A DNA stretch of 64,000 nt, taken from NCBI GenBank assembly GCA_036172015.1, contig JAVHSE010000023.1:42266-106265 (forward strand). Direction: 5' to 3'. Made by a program: the position numbers and the translations under genes. Below the pieces are notes generated by a model, which searched no databases, was not told where the DNA came from, and saw only the letters and a list, made by a program, of their open reading frames with translations. The stretch is from Patescibacteria group bacterium. Lineage in GTDB: Bacteria; Patescibacteriota; Gracilibacteria; BD1-5; UBA6164. Below, one piece after another: positions 61,026 through 64,000 of this stretch (positions are counted from its first letter, which is position 1; each line of letters starts with the position of its first letter).

Positions 61026-63038
61026 TTATTTTGATAACCAAATTAAACCTTCTTTAATATATTTTGGAATAATAAATGACTCCATCATCAATACATCAAA
61101 AGCAAAATCTGTCTTTAAAGAATTATTATCTATATAACTTGAAATTTCCCAAGATTTCTCTTTTACTTGATCTTTATTTAATGAAGAAAATTTATTTTTT
61201 AAAATTATAGATTCTTTAGAGTAATTTTCTAGTTTTTCATAATTTGCTAATATAAATGCCTCTTCAAAGCTTCTTCATGTATTTCAGTTTTCCTCAATTT
61301 GATATGCAACTCTATAATTTCATACAATTTTGCTATTTTCTGCTAATGATAATAAAACTGACAATTCCTTTTTTCAAGGAATCCAATTTATTAAAGTATA
61401 ATTACTAGTGTATTTTCATTCAGATACTTTATAACTACATTCTTTAGAATCATCAGAATCAATCTTTTTTCAAGTAAATCATAATAGTATTTTTTCTTCC
61501 TTTGTTTTTTTATCAACAGAATCAATATCTGTAATTATTAAAGTTTTTATTCATATAAATTCAAGAAAATTCTTAAATTTATGTGAATATGCTCATCAAA
61601 CTTCTATAATAGAAATATATTGAGAAGTTAATTTTTCATGAATATTTTCAATCTCATTATCTATATTTAAAATAAATAATGGTAATAAAATTCTTTCTAC
61701 CATTCACTCTATTAATATTAATTTATCAGCAAAAAATATATCTGATTTTTCTAAAGTTAAATATTTTTTTAGAAATTCAAAATTTCATTCATCGTTGAAG
61801 TTGTTCAAATCTTTGACTTCAGTATTACTATTTTCTTTTTTGAAGTATCTAATTTTTGTAAAATCAGAACATGTGATAATATGAGAAGAATGAGTCGTTA
61901 AAACTATTTGCACATTCCATCATTTGCTATTTATAAACTTTTCTATTTGCTTAATAAAAGTTTGTTGCATTTGTGGGTGTAAATGAGCTTCTGGTTCTTC
62001 TATAAATAATAATTGAAATTGTGGAATAGGTTTTAACTTGATGAATTCTCAATATAAATATGAAAATTGAAGTATTATATATATTAAATTACTATATCAA
62101 AGTCCATTGTAGGATTCAGGTAACTGATAATCTCAGTTTGAGTAGTATATTTTTGAGTTATTTCATTTCATTAATTCTACTGCAGACAATTCAGCTTTTA
62201 ATGATAATTTTCTATCTTTGTCAGACAATCATGGATATCAAAAATTTCATAAATCTTCTTGTAGAACTTTAAAAAACTTTAAATATTCTCCATCTAAGCT
62301 ATCGTTAGTTTTAGACAGTAATGTATCTAAACCTTTTTCTATGTTTAAGTCTGTATTTTTCTTAAAGTAATTTTCAAATATTTTTGATAAAGTATTATTT
62401 TTATCAGAAGAGTTATCATCTAAATCTCTTTGGGCATTTATAAAACTTGTATTAAATATACTACCTATATCTTTATTAAGTTTATGCATTAAATTTGATG
62501 AATCAATAACAAACTTTTGAATCTCAAAATTTCATTCAAAGTTATTTTTTATATAATTTATAATTTTAAAATCTTCTTCATCTCAATATAATTCTTTAAT
62601 TTTTTGATAAAATCATATCTTATTTTTCATCACTAATTTTAGACAGATTTTATACTCATCTATTGAGTCTTCTAAATCTCCTCTAAAATCTAATCAATCA
62701 TCATCTTCTTCTATCTTAAAGTTAATAATAAGAATTATTTCCGGTATGGATTCTTCAAATATATTATATTTTTTACCTCTTTCTTTTTCATCTTCTATTT
62801 CTTTTTCATAGTCCATGTATAACTTTAAAGATTCTTTTAATTTAACATGTGTACATATTGAGAAATCATTGAAATCAAATTTACTTCAATCATTAAAAAA
62901 TTTTTTAAATAATTCTGTTAATGATGTTTTTCAACTATTATTTCTTCATACAATAATAGTATGATTTTTATTAAATTCTAAATTCTCAATGTTATGTAAT
63001 AATCTAAAGTTTTTTATACCAATGCTTTTTATGTACAT
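61026..63038 (-). CDS. OLD-family ATP-dependent endonuclease (class 2 OLD / GajA-like): ABC ATPase plus TOPRIM
   Basis: 670 aa. Walker A VGRNNSGKTSL, Walker B LLFIEEPEAHLHPQ, LTTHSSH, TOPRIM LILIEGMVERILLP and LIITDIDS. Stop lies 1 nt before the helicase ATG. Confidence 0.85.
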
Positions 63039-63156
63039 AAAATATTAATAATTAATAAAATTTAGATAAAAAATTATCTATAAACAAATTGATTATATTC
63101 ATTACATATTAATTTTATATTAATTTTTAAAAGAAAATTTTATTTTATGTTAAAAA

Positions 63157-63747
63157 CTATAAATCTAGCTTATTACAAGCATTCATAATTTCATCTGCAG
63201 TTATTCATAAATATCTCATAGTTACAGCAAGAGAAGAATGATTTAACTTATGTTGTATAATTTCAAGAGGTATTGCATTTATACGAGCTTGATATCACCA
63301 AGTTTTACGGAGAGTGTGATTTCAGAAATTACCTTTAAGTCAAACATCTTCGCAAATTTTAGAAAGAAGTATCCAGCTCATTTTACGACCTATAGATTTA
63401 ATTCAAAGTGGGAAAGTTTTTTTTTGAAAAAATATAAAATTATTTTTATCTAAAATAATATTTGGATAAGTTTCTTTATATAGTTTTAAAGTTTCTTTAA
63501 CTTTTGGAGTAATAGTAATCCTATTAGTTTTATTTGTTTTTTCTTCTTTTATATCAAAAAAATCCTTTATACCTGAGTTATTCTCAAAAATATCTTTTAC
63601 TTGAATAGAAAGTAAGTCTGAAATACGAAGAGCTGAATTTATTCATAATTCAAATAAAAGTAAGTCACGAATATTTCAATCAAATCTAAGTAAATTTTTT
63701 ATTTGAGAAATCTTTTTTATATCTCTAATTGGTTCTACAAATTGCAT
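63157..63747 (-). CDS. Short tyrosine site-specific recombinase (catalytic domain only)
   Basis: 196 aa. ..GINSALRISDLLS.. (Arg I), ..GNHTLRKTWGY.. (His-x-x-Arg), ..LNHSSLAVTMRYLG.. (His, catalytic Tyr). Confidence 0.75.
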
Positions 63748-63778
63748 GAATATATTAGTTAAAATATAATAAAACTTA

Positions 63779-63900
63779 TATTAAGTCTAATAATATGAAA
63801 TGTAAAATAAAAAGCAAATAATTTTATTCGCTTTCTTTTGATATAAATCAGGAAATATTAGACACAATACTATTAAGTCTAATATATTAAAATGCAATAC
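63779..63900. repeat. Two ~30-bp imperfect direct repeats upstream of the recombinase gene
   Basis: tattaagtctaataatatgaaatgtaaaata (63779-) and tattaagtctaatatattaaaatgcaatac (63871-). The first 14 nt are identical, spacing 92 bp. Confidence 0.7.
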
Positions 63901-64000
63901 CTATTAGTTCATTATTAACTATATGTTTAAAGTTTGAAACTATCAAGATAATAACAAATACAAAAGAAAAAGAGATTAATTTATTAATCTCTAAAATCTA

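Noticed and set aside
49909-63747. The island as a prophage.
   Set aside because: No capsid, portal, terminase, tail or lysis genes are recognisable. The only mobility gene is a short recombinase.

Overview
Very AT-rich, gene-dense bacterial DNA. It is not translated with the standard code: in-frame TGA falls again and again on invariant glycines. Examples are MetK GAGDQG, ABC P-loops, HNH 'RGG', UNG GQDPYHG and GyrA GKYHPHGD. This fits NCBI table 25 (UGA=Gly), as used by Gracilibacteria/Absconditabacteria (SR1) in the Candidate Phyla Radiation. The supplied standard-code ORF track therefore splits almost every gene, so I re-derived all CDS coordinates reading TGA as sense with TAA/TAG as stops. 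Housekeeping content: moxR, rlmE, mtaB, trpS, serS, rpsU, rbfA, a SAM-I riboswitch plus metK, ung, gyrA, tRNA-Arg(CCU), pheT, ABC transporters and two-component systems. Accessory content: (i) at 1.6-5.1 kb, an HDAC-family gene bracketed by a perfect 176-bp direct repeat, next to a DUF262-HNH nuclease and a RelE-like TA pair. (ii) At 14.1-18.7 kb, an M-RhuM-S restriction-modification locus with no R gene. (iii) At 49.9-63.7 kb, a one-strand defense island: tyrosine recombinase, OLD/GajA-like ATPase-TOPRIM, UvrD/GajB-like helicase, an unassignable 574-aa protein, a second R-less M-(AlbA_2/HATPase)-S locus, a small 3-TM protein and a fused ABC-ATPase/TOPRIM protein. The best candidates for something undescribed are the OLD-UvrD-574aa trio and the TM-protein/ATPase-TOPRIM pair. 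Functions come from motifs read by eye; no searches were run.
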